Shown here piece after piece: positions 1 to 18,485 of a DNA stretch of 64,000 nucleotides. Source of the DNA: Auanema rhodensis (lineage: Eukaryota; Animalia; Nematoda). Both the position numbers and the translations under genes were made by a program. The notes below the pieces were generated by a model. It was not told the origin of the DNA. It made no database searches and saw only the letters and a list, made by a program, of their open reading frames with translations. The stretch lies in contig OZ059899.1 of assembly GCA_964057225.1 (NCBI GenBank), forward strand, positions 5,270,001 to 5,334,000. The letters are read 5' to 3'. Each line of letters starts with the position of its first letter. The first letter of the stretch is position 1.

Positions 1-1435
1 TGAGTGAACGGTTTAACAAATGTGAGCAACTAAATGGATATACGCATGAAAAAATTCTACGAATCTTAGTATTCAAAACAAAAAAAATGCAAAACATGAT
101 TTAACTTATGGTATTGCGGACATGAGAGGTCTTCAGTTTTTTTAGTTTTGTTGTTTAAAAGGAGAGACATGGAACAAGTGATATGAAAGAAGGGAGGGAG
201 AAGTTCATGTTATAGGATAAGCTAGATAAACTAAATGCAATAGATGACAACTGAAATAGAATTGGTTATAATAGAGAGAGATGAAGGAGCGGGAAGATAG
301 AGTATTTGGTAGATGCAGTAAATGGAATTGTTGAAAGAGAAGTCAATCGAGCACATCCGGTCGATTGCCATTTTTTCAGCTTAAAAGCATTTTCAGCGTA
401 TAATTAGTTGTGACAGATTTAAAAATGAATTATTTTGTATTATTCTTTTTTAATGTTTCTAATTTTCTATGTCAGCAGTAAAATAATAAATTAAACAAAA
501 GTTTTAGAAGAATGAAGAAGGTTACCACAGAAAATCGAAAAAGTAACATGAAGACAAAGAGCAAAAGATGAATTTGAAAAAATGAAAAAGAAAGAACATT
601 TTCAGCCAAGTTGAGTTCACATTCTACATGTATGTACGGGTGTAAGCATCTGTGTGTGTCAAATGTGGCCAAGATTCTTGAAGATGACAGCAGCTACTGA
701 AAATCAAAGCGAACAAATGCAATCAGATGGAAATTGAATCAAACGGAAGAGGCCGTCTGAGCGCACTAGTAGACGAAGACGATGGTTATTGGTGAACGAA
801 GAAAGGATTAGAAGTCGAGAGGGCTTTTGCAATGATCATTTTCTATATAATCTTACATGCCGTTGTCTTCAACAACTTTTCATGAATATAAGGGATAAAA
901 ATCAAAGATACGTTATGTCAAAAAAATAACTGCTTAAAAGTAGCAGATACACGCAACATGAAAGACAGAGGTGAAAAGTTCCACGAAAATGATGAACATT
1001 TATGAAATCAAATGGACTCTGTTTGCGCTAAAGAACGAAACCGAATAAGTGAATCGCCATTCAGGCTGTCGGTGGCAGGCCTACTTTAAGCATAAAAGTG
1101 TCATTGACAGATACATTAAAGCTGCTAGTGTGAGAGAAGATAGCAAGCAAGCCAACTCGATTAAGTTACAAGAGAGGATTCGTCGTCCCCCTTCCCATTT
1201 TCGAAGCAAGATATAAAACTCACTTCCTTGCTTGTTCTGTGAAGAAAAATAACTCAAAACCACTATTCACTTTCATTCTTTCAACCAATCAAAGAGATCT
1301 GCGCTAATAACAAAGTTGCTGATAAACAGGGCTACAAAAAGGGTTCAAATCATGATTAACAATAGCTTAGCGGAAAACAAAGTTAACAACATGAAATAGT
1401 GGCAACAAAGATAAATTTTATGATAACAATGTAAT

Positions 1436-5377
<3,942 letters not shown>

Positions 5378-5792
5378 CCCTAGTTATTTCTAAAAACTTG
5401 CTTTTACACAATTTTATTCTTCTTTGAAAATTATTGTGAAGTATGTATATGAATTTTGGAGATTTTACAACAGCAGAATAATGATGAAAATGTTACTATA
5501 TCAGAAAAAACGAACATAAATAGTCAAACAAGTTATGGTTAAATACAATCAAATTTTTATACAAAATACATCAAAAAAGCTTTAGTTTTGATAGTTGACT
5601 GTCTTTCAGATTTCAAATTCGAAATAAATTTGAACGTTAATTTAGAAAATATTTAAGCACGGTCTTTGCGCCAATTACCACCGCTGACACAAAAACAATC
5701 TGACGTGTCATCTTTGCAGTATAACGTCAAGTTCCTCAATAATTTGAATATATTACCTTTTGAAGCTTATTCTCAACATTATAGATATTTCT
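5378..5792. promoter_or_regulatory. Short divergent intergenic region, probable bidirectional promoter
   Basis: Only 415 bp separate the outward-facing ATGs of eftu-2 and the Sly1 gene. Confidence 0.65.
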
Positions 5793-8700
5793 ATGAGTTT
5801 TCAGCAAGAATCTCAACAATTGGAAACCATCCGAACACGGCAAATAGGTATGTGCATGCTCTAGGATATATCGAGTTTGATGTTTTGCAGTTGCACTTAG
5901 AAATGTAATTAATCTAAATGCCCCTGTTGGCAATACAATGATAAATGAGCCAGTATGGAAAATTCTTGTAATGGATAAATTTGGACAAGATATCATATCT
6001 CCTTTGTTATCTGTTCAACAACTTCGAGAGCTGGGGGTTACTCTTCACTTATTACTGAGTTCGAGGAGGGAACAGCTAACTGATGTTCCAGCTGTATACT
6101 TGGTTTCCCCAACAGATGAAAACATTGAGCTAATATCCGAAGACTTGAGGAAATGTATGTACGATGGCTTCTATTTTAATTTCATTTCACCACTACCTCG
6201 TACGAAATTAGAAGTCTTAGCAGAGTCAGCAGTTCAGGGTGGTTCCATCCAACAAGTACAAAAGGTTTTTTTTATTTTAGAAAAAGCGTTGTAGATATAT
6301 TGTTTAGGTTTTTGACCAATATTTAAGTTTTATTTCTCTCGAGGATGATTTGTTTGTTTTAAGACGTTACAGTGAGAACAGCGGTCTCTCTTATTATAGT
6401 TAGTTAAAAATTATACAAGTTTTAACCGGTATTCATTTAAAGCTCTGAATGATCCATCCACATCTGATAACCGTATGGCTGGCTTGATAGAAACTGTAGC
6501 CGATAGTTTGTTTGCTGTATGTGCTACTATGGGGGTAGTGCCCATTATTCGTTGCCCGAAAGCAAATGCTGCTGAGCAAGTAGCCAAGGTTTAACCAAAA
6601 ATGTTGGCTAAGTTTAACTTTGAATGCTTTAGAGATTGGAACAAAAATTAAGAGATAACTTGAGAGATGCTAGAAATAATTTGTTTGCTGTAGAGAGTGT
6701 GAGGACCGGTCAATTAAATGGAAGTAGACCTGTATTGCTTATTGCTGATAGGTATTCTTATTTATTTACTTTTTTCTCCTTTATACAATATTTTCAGAAC
6801 AGCAGATTTGGCTACTATGTTGCATCATACATGGACATATCAAGCACTCATTCATGATGTTCTTGTAAGATATATCTTTTGATTTACATAATTTTTACAT
6901 TTCCGTAGGATTTCGAACAAAACAAAGTAATGATGACTGATTCTACTGGGAAAAAACGGGAATACGTAATGAACAGTGGAGCATCAGATAAATTATGGAC
7001 AAATCATAAGGTAATTTAAGTTTGGACTTTGGAAATCAATTTTCTTGTATTTTTAAAATTCAGTGTTCATTTACATTTTTATAATTTTCGTAGCAGAGTT
7101 TAAATAATTATAACAGCAAAAAATACTTGAAATCCTTCATATATTCTGAGTATACATATCACTTATTCAGTTTTAATTTATTTTTGTTATAATATTATCT
7201 TTTTTTTCATATATTAAACTTAGGGTAGTGCCTTCCCGCTAGTAGCTGAAGCAGTTCAAGAGGATTTGGAAGCTTACAGAAGCAGCGAAGAAGAAATCAA
7301 ACGTCTAAAGCATGCCATGGTTTCTTTAAATAATGATATATCTTAAATGGTTTCGTTTTTTAGGGAGTAGACGGGGCCGATGTTGATGCTGCTATGACAT
7401 CTCTCATATCAGATGCAACAGCTAAATTAGGATCTACTGTAACTTCACTGCCTCAGGTTTGTTTTTCTCCAATGTGAATATTCTCATCTTTTTACTTTTT
7501 AGTTATTGGAGCAAAAAAGATTGATTGATCTTCACACTAATGTAGCTACTACATTGCTTGACATAATTAAAAAACGAAAATTGGATGTTTTATTCGAATT
7601 GGAACAGAAACTTCTTCAACATTCACCTTTGGGTAATTTATATTCTCATGGGCTCTTAGATTTTTGAATTATTTTTTCAGAAAAGTCAATCATCGATCTT
7701 CTCTCTGAGTTTTCAGAGCCTGATGATATAGTTCGTGTTAGCTTAATTTATTACCTCTGCGCTGAAAGTTTGAGCAAAGTTAGTTTCTAGCTGGATTATA
7801 TATATATATATATTATTTTGAAATGTAGAACGAGTTTTCTTCTCTTCAAAACTTCCTCAGGGAGAGAGGGATAGATGATTCTGCCCTCTGTTTTGTCCAA
7901 AAAATGCGGTAAGTTCAGAATTGAAAAGTAAAGCAGGAGTTAATATGTTAAGCTCTGTTTCGCAACTTGGACGTGGATTAAACTCTGAAGAGCATCAAGG
8001 AGCCGGCACTAAAACAATCAGCATGTTTAACAAGCTTTTGAGTACGAGTTCAAGATTTGTAATGGAAGGAGTTAAAAATTTGGTACCTCGAAAGCACAAT
8101 CTCCCGTTAACCAGAGTAAGTTGTTCATTAAAAAAAGTGAAAAAAGTAATATGTCCCCAACAACTGTGGGATTGTTAGCTTTTTAATGAGACTGAGTAGA
8201 CCTAGATACATACTACGATATTGCATACATTTGAGCTTGTGGTATTAGTGTGGCTTTTAGCGTGCGGTATTTTCTTAAATCTTGACAAATGATCCTTCAC
8301 TTTATATTTGACGGCAAAGAGTAAATTCTTTCCAGTTGATAATGGTTTGAGAAATCCCAGTGAAATGACCGGCTGTGACGCCAAGAAGAAAACTTTTCAA
8401 TGTTTCGTTAGATTAAGATTCATTCAGGGTTTAATATAGCTCTACTTCACATATAAGTCTAATAAGCTGAGTGGTAGTAAAAACATTATGCTCATTAATG
8501 ATAATTTGAGTTAATTAAAACTTCAGATTGAAGATGATGATCATTTGCAATCTTAATAATTAGTGAGATAAATAGTTTTCTGTTTTTAATGCTTTAAACC
8601 ATATTTATCTTTTCAGATGGTTGACTCTCTGGTTAGTGTCCCTTCTTCGTCAAGTGTAGGCATTAACCAGATGATGGGAGCTAGTCAGACAAGCGAGGCG

Positions 8701-9860
8701 GATGAGCTCTGTTACTTTGATCCTAAGATGATGCAAGGAATGGCTAAAGAGTTAGTTAAATACTATTTATAAATTTTTGATATTACCCCATCCTTTGTTG
8801 AATCTTGTCCTATAGTCTACTTTTAGCTTTCATAATAATAAACCTATTTATATATCTATTGCAGTGCTGCTTCTTTAAGAGCTCGACAAGCCCCACCTCA
8901 AGATGTAATTCTTTTTGTAATCGGTGGAGGAAATTATGTGGAGTACCAGAACTTAATCGACTATGGAAAATCCAAAAACTTACAACGGGTCACATATGGT
9001 TGTACAGAATTAGTGAATCCTAATCAATTTACTGATCAGGTTTGGCATTCTCTCGAATTTTTAGATTTTAAAAAGTAGTGTATTGGTAATCTTGAGACCT
9101 AGTAATATGATCTGAGTTAGTATATTCCTTCATATTTAAAAATATGCTCGAAGAGAAATGTGTGAAATTGTGGGAGCGACAGCTGCCTAAAATGTATACG
9201 TCTTCAAGCAAGTTGATTAGTTTTGAAGTTAGTAATTAAGTCATGCAGAAAAAAGCGAGAAAAAATTATAGTTTTGATCGATTACAGTATTAATTACATT
9301 TTCTTTTTTACCCATGTCATGGTTACCTAGTTAGAGAAACGTATACGACCATCAACAATACTGAGCACATAAAGAGCTACACAATGAAATTTGCAAGGCT
9401 CAAGAAAAAGGGATGGATACGTTGTCTTTATTTTGACCGCCTATGGCGAAATATGGGACTTCTCCAAAACTTCATACTGTTTGCTCATTCGTTATTGCTT
9501 TAACCAATTCGGAAAAAAAATTAATCACACGGGTTCTTGAGAATTTGATATTCAGCTAAAATAAGAAAGGTATTTGCAAGTTCTTGAAATCCAGTGTTTT
9601 GGGTTAACTAAAGTATTCAGTTGAGATTGAAGAAAATTTTTAATGTGGCAAGTTCTTTATATGATTCTCAAAAGTAAATAACCTTATTGTGCACTTTACT
9701 GTTTTCTCTCAACCTTCATTTTTCTTCATTTTTTCATGTTTTGAATGCTTGAAACTTATAATTTTTCTTTTTTTTTTTGAATTTTATCTCGTATTTTCAT
9801 TATATGCTTGGCAAAAATAATTCATTTCAGCTAACCCGCCTTGGCCGTGCTGTTCCATAA
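5793..9860 (+). CDS. SCFD1: Sec1/Munc18-family protein Sly1/SCFD1 (ER-Golgi SM protein), multi-exon
   Basis: MSFQQESQQLETIRTRQI|VALRNVINLN...EPVWKILVMDKFGQDIISPLLSVQQLRELGVTLHL; KLRDNLRDARN; DLATMLHHTWTYQALIHDVL; QDVILFVIGGGNYVEYQNL. Last exon 9831-9860 (LTRLGRAVP*) follows a TTTCAG acceptor. Confidence 0.94.
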
Positions 9861-12800
9861 TGTTGTTCTGAAGTATGTTAGTAATTGGATTTCTAAGTAA
9901 TTTTTCTGGATTCCACATTTGCTCTCCTATCTTCTTAATTACTGATATAGTACAACAACTATTAGGTGTGTACATGTCTAAAACTTCTTAAACGACCTAA
10001 AGAGATAGTTTTTTTCCTGTGTTTTATCTCATTCCTTGTGCTGAGAACTCATTTACACTCCTATTGTAGAAAAATAGTTGAGATAGCTTTTTGTGAACTT
10101 GGGCTTCCATTTTATCTTTTTTTTCTTACTCAAATACAAACTGTTCTTCTGGTATCACACTATTTACTTTTTTAAATTGTGGATATATTGTTAGAAGAAA
10201 AAAAATTAGATTAATTGAACTAGATACCGTAGATAATTGGAGAGTATATTGCTCGCCTCGTTTGCAGTTTTTTTCTTACTCCTGTTTTTTTTCTTTATAT
10301 CACTATTTCCATCAAATCTTGAGATATTATAGCATATCCATCTCGCCGGTTCCAAGTTTAACCTTTTACAAATTAATTTATTTACAATGTCTGTTTAAAA
10401 TGCTCGGATTTGTAGATGTGATTATTCCATTTGGGTGCTTGACATAGTTTCGTCTTTAATTTATTATTTATTATTAATGTATGGTGTATAATATGCTCAT
10501 AAATGACCTAAAACCTACTTGTTTTAATAGATAATAGTTGAAAATGTTTCATAGTGAGCTAAGGTAGTTTGCTCAATTCTCTGTCCAGACTTGTTTTCAA
10601 TTGCCAATCTTGGATTGAATTTCTGTTCATTCTCATTTTGTTACGCTCTTGGCATTATATATGTTAAGTTGAAGAAAAAGAAGCAGAGTAGGAAGAAACA
10701 ATAGACATTTAAATTTGAAGTCAATGTTCTGTGACTGACAAATTTGAAGACAACATGGCACATTAAGATTATTCTGTTGTGTGGAATTGCTATATCTGCA
10801 GTTCATGAGACAAGCATATTTGCTAATCAGCTCATTTCACAATGTTGTGCGCACGATTCCTGAGAAAGGAACAGCAACAAAGCTTAGTTTAGAATTTCAG
10901 AACCTGCCTGCTGTAATATTGAGGTGATATAGCCTTGAATACTTTCCAGAACAGCCTCTTGCTGTTGAAATTCTACACGACATGATGCAAAAGCAAGATG
11001 ATACTTGTACTTATTCTTCACCAGATTTAGGAAGATGCAACGTTGAACTAATTGAGTTTGATGAAAATACACTTCTGCAGTGAAATACCTCTTCATTTCC
11101 CCCAATACGCATGTCTTAATATTGCACATACTCTCATACACTTGCTCCCCTCTCTATCATCCTTTCTCAGTTTTTTCTTCCTTAATACGGATAGAATGAA
11201 AGAGATGTAGAAAAGATAGATAGATAGAGAGATAGAGAGAGAAAGAGAGAGAAAGAGGGGGATATATATATATAGAGAGAGAGAGGGAGAGAATGAATGA
11301 ATTTAAGTGAATCGGTCTCCCGCTCGATCCGGCCACTAGCATGTTAAGGAGGTCTTATATGGAGCCTCTGTTTCCACGTTTTTTAAAAGAATAATCGGCG
11401 AAGAATGAAGACGTACAACAAGCTCAAACAAGGAAATGAAAGTTGAAATACTAAGTTTTGAAACTGACATTGACATGAACTAAAGACAATCACACATGCT
11501 TTTCTATATAAGAATGTTGACAGTTGCACTCATAAGAATCGACACATGTCCAAAAGCTTGATGAATCGGAAAGATTTGATTCTAATCTATGTTTTAAACG
11601 TTTTTATACATTAAAGGTTTATCAGGTGATTGACCAGTCTTAGTGCACATGAACAGTAATTTTTTTGTTTGTTTGTCAATAACTAGTATATGACAAAGGT
11701 CTGCGTTCCATATGAGGTCTGCTTAACATAGTATATCCTTTGCCCATCTGCATACTATGCTCCTCCCATTTCAAGGTTTTTCAGCTTCATCCAGCTTCAT
11801 CCAGCTAAACTCAGATGGCTCCTTCTCTATCGCGGCAGCCGTCTTGCTGTTCATCCACAGCAATAGCGTTTTCGGGTAGATTTCGATCACAAAGTCTTAT
11901 CTTCGGATGTAGCGTTTAACAACGTGAATTTGTCTCGAAGTCTTTCTGAAGTATTTTCCCTTTTCTTTTTGTTTTTGTTCTTGCATATGCTACTAACCTC
12001 TTCTATGTGATATCTCTGAATTTGAATTTTCAAAGATTTGAAAATGAATGAGGTAATGTATAGATTTATGAGAGATGAGATGGAGAAAGTACGAAACGAG
12101 AAACTTTTTGTTGTCAGAGATCTAAGAAATCTGGTGGTTAAATCATATTCAAAGATAGAATGCTGTCCAAATCATCATCCTACAATTTCTGAAAGATATG
12201 TCGTCAAACTGATCACGTTTCCTGTCAGTTTGTCTTGTTCAAGTCAATCAAAATGTTCTTCTTGACAAGCATTGTTATCAACCGTGTAGAACATCAATTT
12301 CTGCGCTATATCTTAACGTTCAGCAGAAATATGAAAGAAATGTAAATTGAGAAAAAGAGATTATATGTATATGAAAACAGGAGAAGAAACTACCATACAA
12401 ACTGCCAAAACCTCCTCCCGCGTCTTGTCATCGTGATCGTTGTCTCATTTTAGCCTTAGAACCCCCTAGTTCTCAAAAAACATTTACAACTCATTGTGTA
12501 CTTGAAGGATTGCACAAGCACATCATCAATCACACTATAGACTTAGCCCCTCATAGTGCATAACATCAAAGGACATCTATTAGCATAATATTACTTGAAT
12601 AAGTCAATTTAATTTTCTTAAAGAAAATAATTTTTTATTGTTTTGTTTATATGCTTTTAAAATTTGATTTTCGTCTTCTTTTTTCACTTTGAAATCGAAA
12701 AGAAAAAAGTTTTTGAACTCCCTATTTTCGCTGTTGAGATCGAAAATTGGGTGAAAAATCAAACTATTGAAGCACATATTCAAAACATCACCCATCCTTC

Positions 12801-15800
12801 AGTACGATGGAAATAGTGGCCCATAACTCATTTATGCTACAATTGGATATAATATTTAAATATATTCTTTATTTTCTATAAGTAATTTACCTCATTTGTT
12901 TTGAAAATCGTTGAAAGGAAAAAAGAGACCGATAAGTAGTTAGTTAACGGAATGACTGACAAGTATAGCATAGTTAACAGGCGTAATTTATGTCCTTTAA
13001 GCTTGTTTATATCGTAGAAAGATTCATTTTCCTTTGTATACTAGTAGATATAGTTAATGGTTTTCTTTTTCACTTAAGATATATTTAAGAAAACACATTT
13101 ATAGTCAATCATCTTAATATGGCACACCAGCTTTATTTTTAAAATTAAGTTATTATTTTTATATCTTAAAATAGATAAACTTTAGAAATAAACTTAGTTA
13201 ATCACTTTGTTACTATAAGTAAAATTTACTTAACTTCCTGATTTTCTATTTCCCAATTAAGCTGTCAGATTCATATGCTGCAAGGATTCCACGTGAATTT
13301 TGGTACATAGCAAAATTTCTGAATTTATATACTACGGTTGCTATTTTAAATTAGTATATAAATAAACTTTAATTTTATTTATAAGCAAAGCTTAACATAA
13401 TAATTTGAAACTATAATTATAATACTATAAATATTATATTATATCATATAATTTGTACTTATTAATATATTTATAAATATTGTTTAGATGGTTAATATCA
13501 AATAATATGATTCGAATTATTATTTTTTTCTATTTTTCTTTTTAAATATAAAACTGTGTGTTGCTGTATTAACCGTAATGAATTCCTTTTTCTTCATTTT
13601 TCTATTTTGTGTCTTATGACATAGCTATATAGTATTTCACTAATTTTTCCTCACAAACTATTTAGTATATTTAGTTAAATTTTCATTTTATATAAATCAC
13701 TTTTTTTTTGGAACGTGTGAAAGAATTGAAAATAGTGTAAGGATTAAAGAGAATATATAGATAGAAAACCATAGAAACAACTCACAAGAGAGAATGAGAG
13801 TGGTGAAAGAAGGAAAATGACAGAAAAAGGATGAGTGTGGATTGAAAACGCAAGCCTCATCATCATCATCATCAACTTTATGCTTATACTTCGCAGCAGT
13901 CCGTTAGTGTTCATCGAAGACATTTGCAGCTGTCTGAGAATCGTTGTCTAGTGGGAATAAAGAAATGCTCGTTTCGATTCATCTGAAATCATACATGAAA
14001 TACTGAAACTGAGTCTATTGAATCATTCAACTTCTTCCTTACACTTGCTTCTTCTTTCTTCTTTTTTTTTCATTTTTGTATAAATACTGTTAAGATACTG
14101 TAATATCAACTATAATCTATAGTTCATCTATAATTTAATCTTTTGATTATTTTTTTCTTTTTATATTAAGTATATGTTATAAATACATATAGTTTATTTT
14201 CTTTTCCAATTATGTGTTTTAATATATTTTAAAATAAAAACAAAAATCCTAAATGTGAATTGATGAACCAACTCACCAACAACTTATTTTCCTATGTTTG
14301 TACTCACATGTTTTTATCCTTGATCTTTAAGTTTTAACCCTATATAAGTTCTCTTCAATATTTTTCTAAAAAAAGAGTTAAGTTAAGCTTACATTGAGAT
14401 CCATGAGATTTGAACCTCATCATTCGAAGCACGTGTGTTTGCTATGGGCTTTCCAGTTTAAAGCATTTGGACGATGGAAAGACAATGCGGTGTTGTAACT
14501 CAACAAGACGAATTTAGTGTGTAGATAGTGAAACTTGCACACAGAAGATCAGTGATGAATGAGCAATCGTTTGAGAGTTGCGTGAATAAAGTTGCTCTCC
14601 TTTTGACAATAAGTAGTCAGAAAAGGATTTAAAGGCTAAAGCAGAACCTTAGAACTAGATAAAAGAAGACGAAATTCCTGATGGCTTACAGAGAAAGAGA
14701 ATGAAAGGGTTTTGGAGATGTTGACCAAAAGCCGTAATCGTTGCGTTGGCTTGATGAAGTAAACGGGCGACGACGAAACATACGTGAGGAAGATGCAAAA
14801 GTATAAGAGAACTAGAGGGGAATGAAGTAAAGGCGGGTTTCAAGAAAGTAAAAGATGGGACACAGAATGTGAAACAAAGAGAGAGAAAGATGAGCAAAGA
14901 GAGAGGAGAGAAAATAGAAGAACAACTAGCAATGGCCGGTAAAACGAAGAAACAATTGGATGACGAATAAATGGCCTACGGCTATTCCGGGCGGCATATC
15001 GGACAAAGGGAAGAGGGGCAGCAGTAGGAGGTATTCGACTCAATAGAGGGTGGGAATGAAAGAATTAGAGAATATGAGTTGAGAAGAGTGTACTAGAGGT
15101 GTAGAGATGAGGGAAACAAGGAAGAAATGAAGAGAAAGAGAGAGAGAGAGAATGAGAGAGAAAGAGTTGGAAGAGAAGTATGAGCTGTAGCTAGATTTAG
15201 AGGGTTCAGAACAAGCTGCAACTGATTCAACTCTTGAGGATTAAGTCTTCATCCAACGTCATTAAAATGCACTGCCTCTTATTCTTTCTCAATCTTTTCC
15301 GCCTATAAAGCAATCATTATCTCTTTTTTTCATCCCCCTCTCTCTCTCTCCCTCTATCCCCTTACCCTTCTCTATACTTCCTTTAGATTCTCTTATAGAA
15401 AACTTTTCTAATATTTTATGAAAATTTCCTCTTCTTAAAGTCTTTTTTCAATAGTATCAAAACGAAAAATAGAGTACCCGAAACGGAACTGAACAAGTTT
15501 GAAAAAGAGTTTCAAACAATTCTAAGAGAGAACGATTCGTAGTAGAAGTATTAGTTGTTGTAGTTGTAGTAGTAAGGTGTAATTGGAAAGAGTATTAATA
15601 CAACATTAAATATAAAAAAAACAATTGTTTTTCTTTTTAATTGCGTCTCGGCTTAAGATTTCAAACCTATCGTTGTTATGTTATCGTTTAGATAACTACT
15701 CTTTTCCTTCCACGTTTTTCCTTTTTTGGTTTCTTAGTCAAGTAAGCTCTAATTTTTCATCATCTAATTTGATTTTTATCTAATTTTCTATTCAAACATT

Positions 15801-16432
15801 TTCTTTTTTTCTCATTCAAAATGCTTGTGTTTTTTGCTTCAGAACTCTGTAGCTTCGAATATATTGTCAGGAACGTCCTTCACACTAGAAGGCTTAGCTT
15901 TGCTTCTTCTCTTTCACTCTTTTCCTTTCTACTCATTTACTCTCTTTTTCTTCTATATATTTTCTTTCTTTTTTTTCTTCTCGTTCTATAAGGATTCAAC
16001 GTTAAACTTTTAAAATAAGCTTAGAAAGATCTCTTTGTTTCACCTTTTTTTTTTTAAATTATATTTTTTTTGTTCTCAAAATTATTAATTCGCTTGAATA
16101 ACCTGTAAAATTGCTTATGGAAATGATCATTTCCTAAACTCCTTTTCAAGTTCCTGCATCAAACTTGGACCACAACCATTCCAGATACTCAAAAATTGAA
16201 ATTAAATCTAATGTTGTTGTTAAGTATATTTTATTTTATTCTTATAATATTTGTCTTCGTAAAGCTAGTATTAGATATTTTTTTCAGTTCCTCCTTATTT
16301 CTAGTTCAAGATTTTCCCAATTTGTCGTTCCTCAGTTTTTTTTTGCCACCCAAAATGCTGCTGCAAGCTTATGATGCGAATTAAAAATAAAATCAGAAGC
16401 TCTTGGAACAGGGTTAATGGCAGCCACATCCC

Positions 16433-16437
<5 letters not shown>

Positions 16438-16490
<53 letters not shown>
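16438..16490. repeat. (CT)n microsatellite
   Basis: Uninterrupted CT run; explains the spurious SLSLSL/ERERER ORFs here. Confidence 0.95.
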
Positions 16491-16506
<16 letters not shown>

Positions 16507-18177
16507 GAGAGAAGAAAAGGAAGAAGACAGAGAAAAAAAAAGTTTTTTTTCGTGTCTTTTTCCGGAGAGCTTGAAGTAGTTTTTATTGTTATTTGCAAGA
16601 ATATATCTGATTTTCATGTTGACATACAAACCAATATCTATATCTGCTACTTCATTAATTTAAAAAAATGTTTCTATAGAATAATCAAACTTTGCGCTTT
16701 TTATTTCTCATTATTTTTTCTTTCATTTCCATGTAGTATGTTTATAGTTTATAAGAATTTTTTATTTAAAAATCAAAAACGTTATTTATAATTTTTTTTG
16801 TTATTTTTCAATTCTTTTAAAACAAAAAGAGTTAATGAATTTTTGTTAAGAAAGGTTAAAAATTAAGAAATCTAACACTATTTACCAAAGAACACATAAT
16901 AATCTTTGAAATTTTTTATTTAAAAAAATTGAATATAACATCTTGTCCTCATAAACATTTAATGTAAAATTCTAACAGTTCTATAAGATATCTGCTTCTT
17001 CGTAAAATTTTGTTAAAAAAATCGTAAAAATTGAGTGCTGCTAGCGATGTCATAGCTTTATATCTTATATATTATATAATTAAATGAATATATTATAAAT
17101 TTTAATAAAAAAAAAGAAAAAATTTGATTTTATATAGTATAGTAATATGACTGTTGATGTTTATTGTTATTCGTTCAATATTATATAATTAGCTCATGAA
17201 CCTTGATGTATTTCATTTTTTATTTCCGCTTTTTTAAATTTTTTAATTATAAAAAAAGCTTTCTTTCAATTTTTGAATTTAATATTTTAAGAATTAAATA
17301 TCTGAATTAAACGAAAAAAAAAGAAAGAATATAATATATTATATATAAGTTATATGACATATAGTATACTATATATAGAAATGCTGGACATCCTACAACA
17401 GTTAGAATGCTTATACATCAACTATACTTGTCGTTCACACTTCACTTTCTTCGTCTCTTTCAAAACAATGTAATGCAATGGCTTTTCATGTTCATTCACA
17501 GCCAGAAACACACACGTGTTTGACATAGCTAATTATGATAATAAGACAAAGAGAAAGTGAAGAGAGAAAGAGAGAAAACGAATTTCCTCTGATGTTAGAA
17601 GAGAGAATTAGCCGTCGTCTTCGTCACCTTCAATAGGTTAGGCTGCTGATCTTCGAGCACATCATTCATTCATTGTCTTTTCTCTGTTGTATGGCCGGGA
17701 TTTCCGTTTTTTGACTCTCAATTGCTTGAAGCATGACATCAGATTTATGTATATTGGATATAAAAATAATTTTTTTTCTGTTTTTCTTTCTTTTCTTTAT
17801 TTTCCTACTAACAATAATGTTAGTACTAAACTATTATTATATTTTATAAATCAACTATATATGTAAATATACGAAATGTATTAGTTATTAGAATAAGTTT
17901 TCTAAATATGAGATTAGAAACTAAGTAGATTGAAGTAAATAACACGTTTTTTTTGTCATTTTCATAAACAATTAGCATAAATAACTTAGAATATATATAA
18001 ATATAATATATACTATGAACTTACAGCTTCAAAAATAAAAATTGTTTATAGAAAATCTTGAATGTTTCCATTTTTGCAATGAAGTACAACTTGTAAGTCA
18101 CAAGTGAATCTTATCTTACATTACTGAATGTGAGCTGAATATAACTAACTAGATATACTATACGTATAGCATTTTAC

Positions 18178-18181
<4 letters not shown>

Positions 18182-18226
<45 letters not shown>

Positions 18227-18247
18227 CTCTCTCTCTCTCTCTCTCTC
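18182..18247. repeat. (CT)n microsatellite, imperfect
   Basis: CT run directly upstream of a GC-rich island. Confidence 0.9.
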
Positions 18248-18299
18248 TTCCATATGTATATTATGCATGTGTGTTTCTATGTGTGAGTTGTTCTGATCA

Positions 18300-18485
18300 G
18301 TCTGGTCCCCTCTTTACTTTAGCATCCCCATACTGCTCACCATCAGCTTCACCAGCACCACAGCAGCACCATCACATAGCCCCCCACACCAGCCCTCCCC
18401 CGGCAATCGTGTTCGCTCCGCCCACCCCCCTCACAGACAGTTGGCTGGGGTCTGATCTGGCCTCGACTTCAGCGGCCATCCGTCG
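18300..18485 (+). promoter_or_regulatory. GC-rich island, candidate unc-49 promoter/enhancer
   Basis: C-rich tract with a CCGCCC box in strongly AT-rich DNA, ~830 bp upstream of the unc-49 ATG. A TTTTCAG (possible trans-splice acceptor) lies at 18893-18899. Confidence 0.35.

Noticed and set aside
615-668. Minus strand CACCCGTACATA matches the 5' end of miR-52 (miR-51/100 family) as I recall it
   Set aside because: The minus strand does not fold into a pre-miRNA around it. The plus-strand hairpin is G-U-rich with a 4-nt loop, and no host 3' UTR is evident.
10884-11141. 85-aa minus-strand ORF
   Set aside because: No recognisable domain or convincing splice partners.
11690-11950. Faint resemblance to a decayed LINE (RTE/L2) 3' end (PKTLLLW...W)
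   Set aside because: Frame is broken and the similarity is too weak without a repeat search.
16332-16791. ORFs with SLSLSL/ERERER runs (also near 20110, 22490, 24447, 33035)
   Set aside because: Translations of (CT/GA)n microsatellites.
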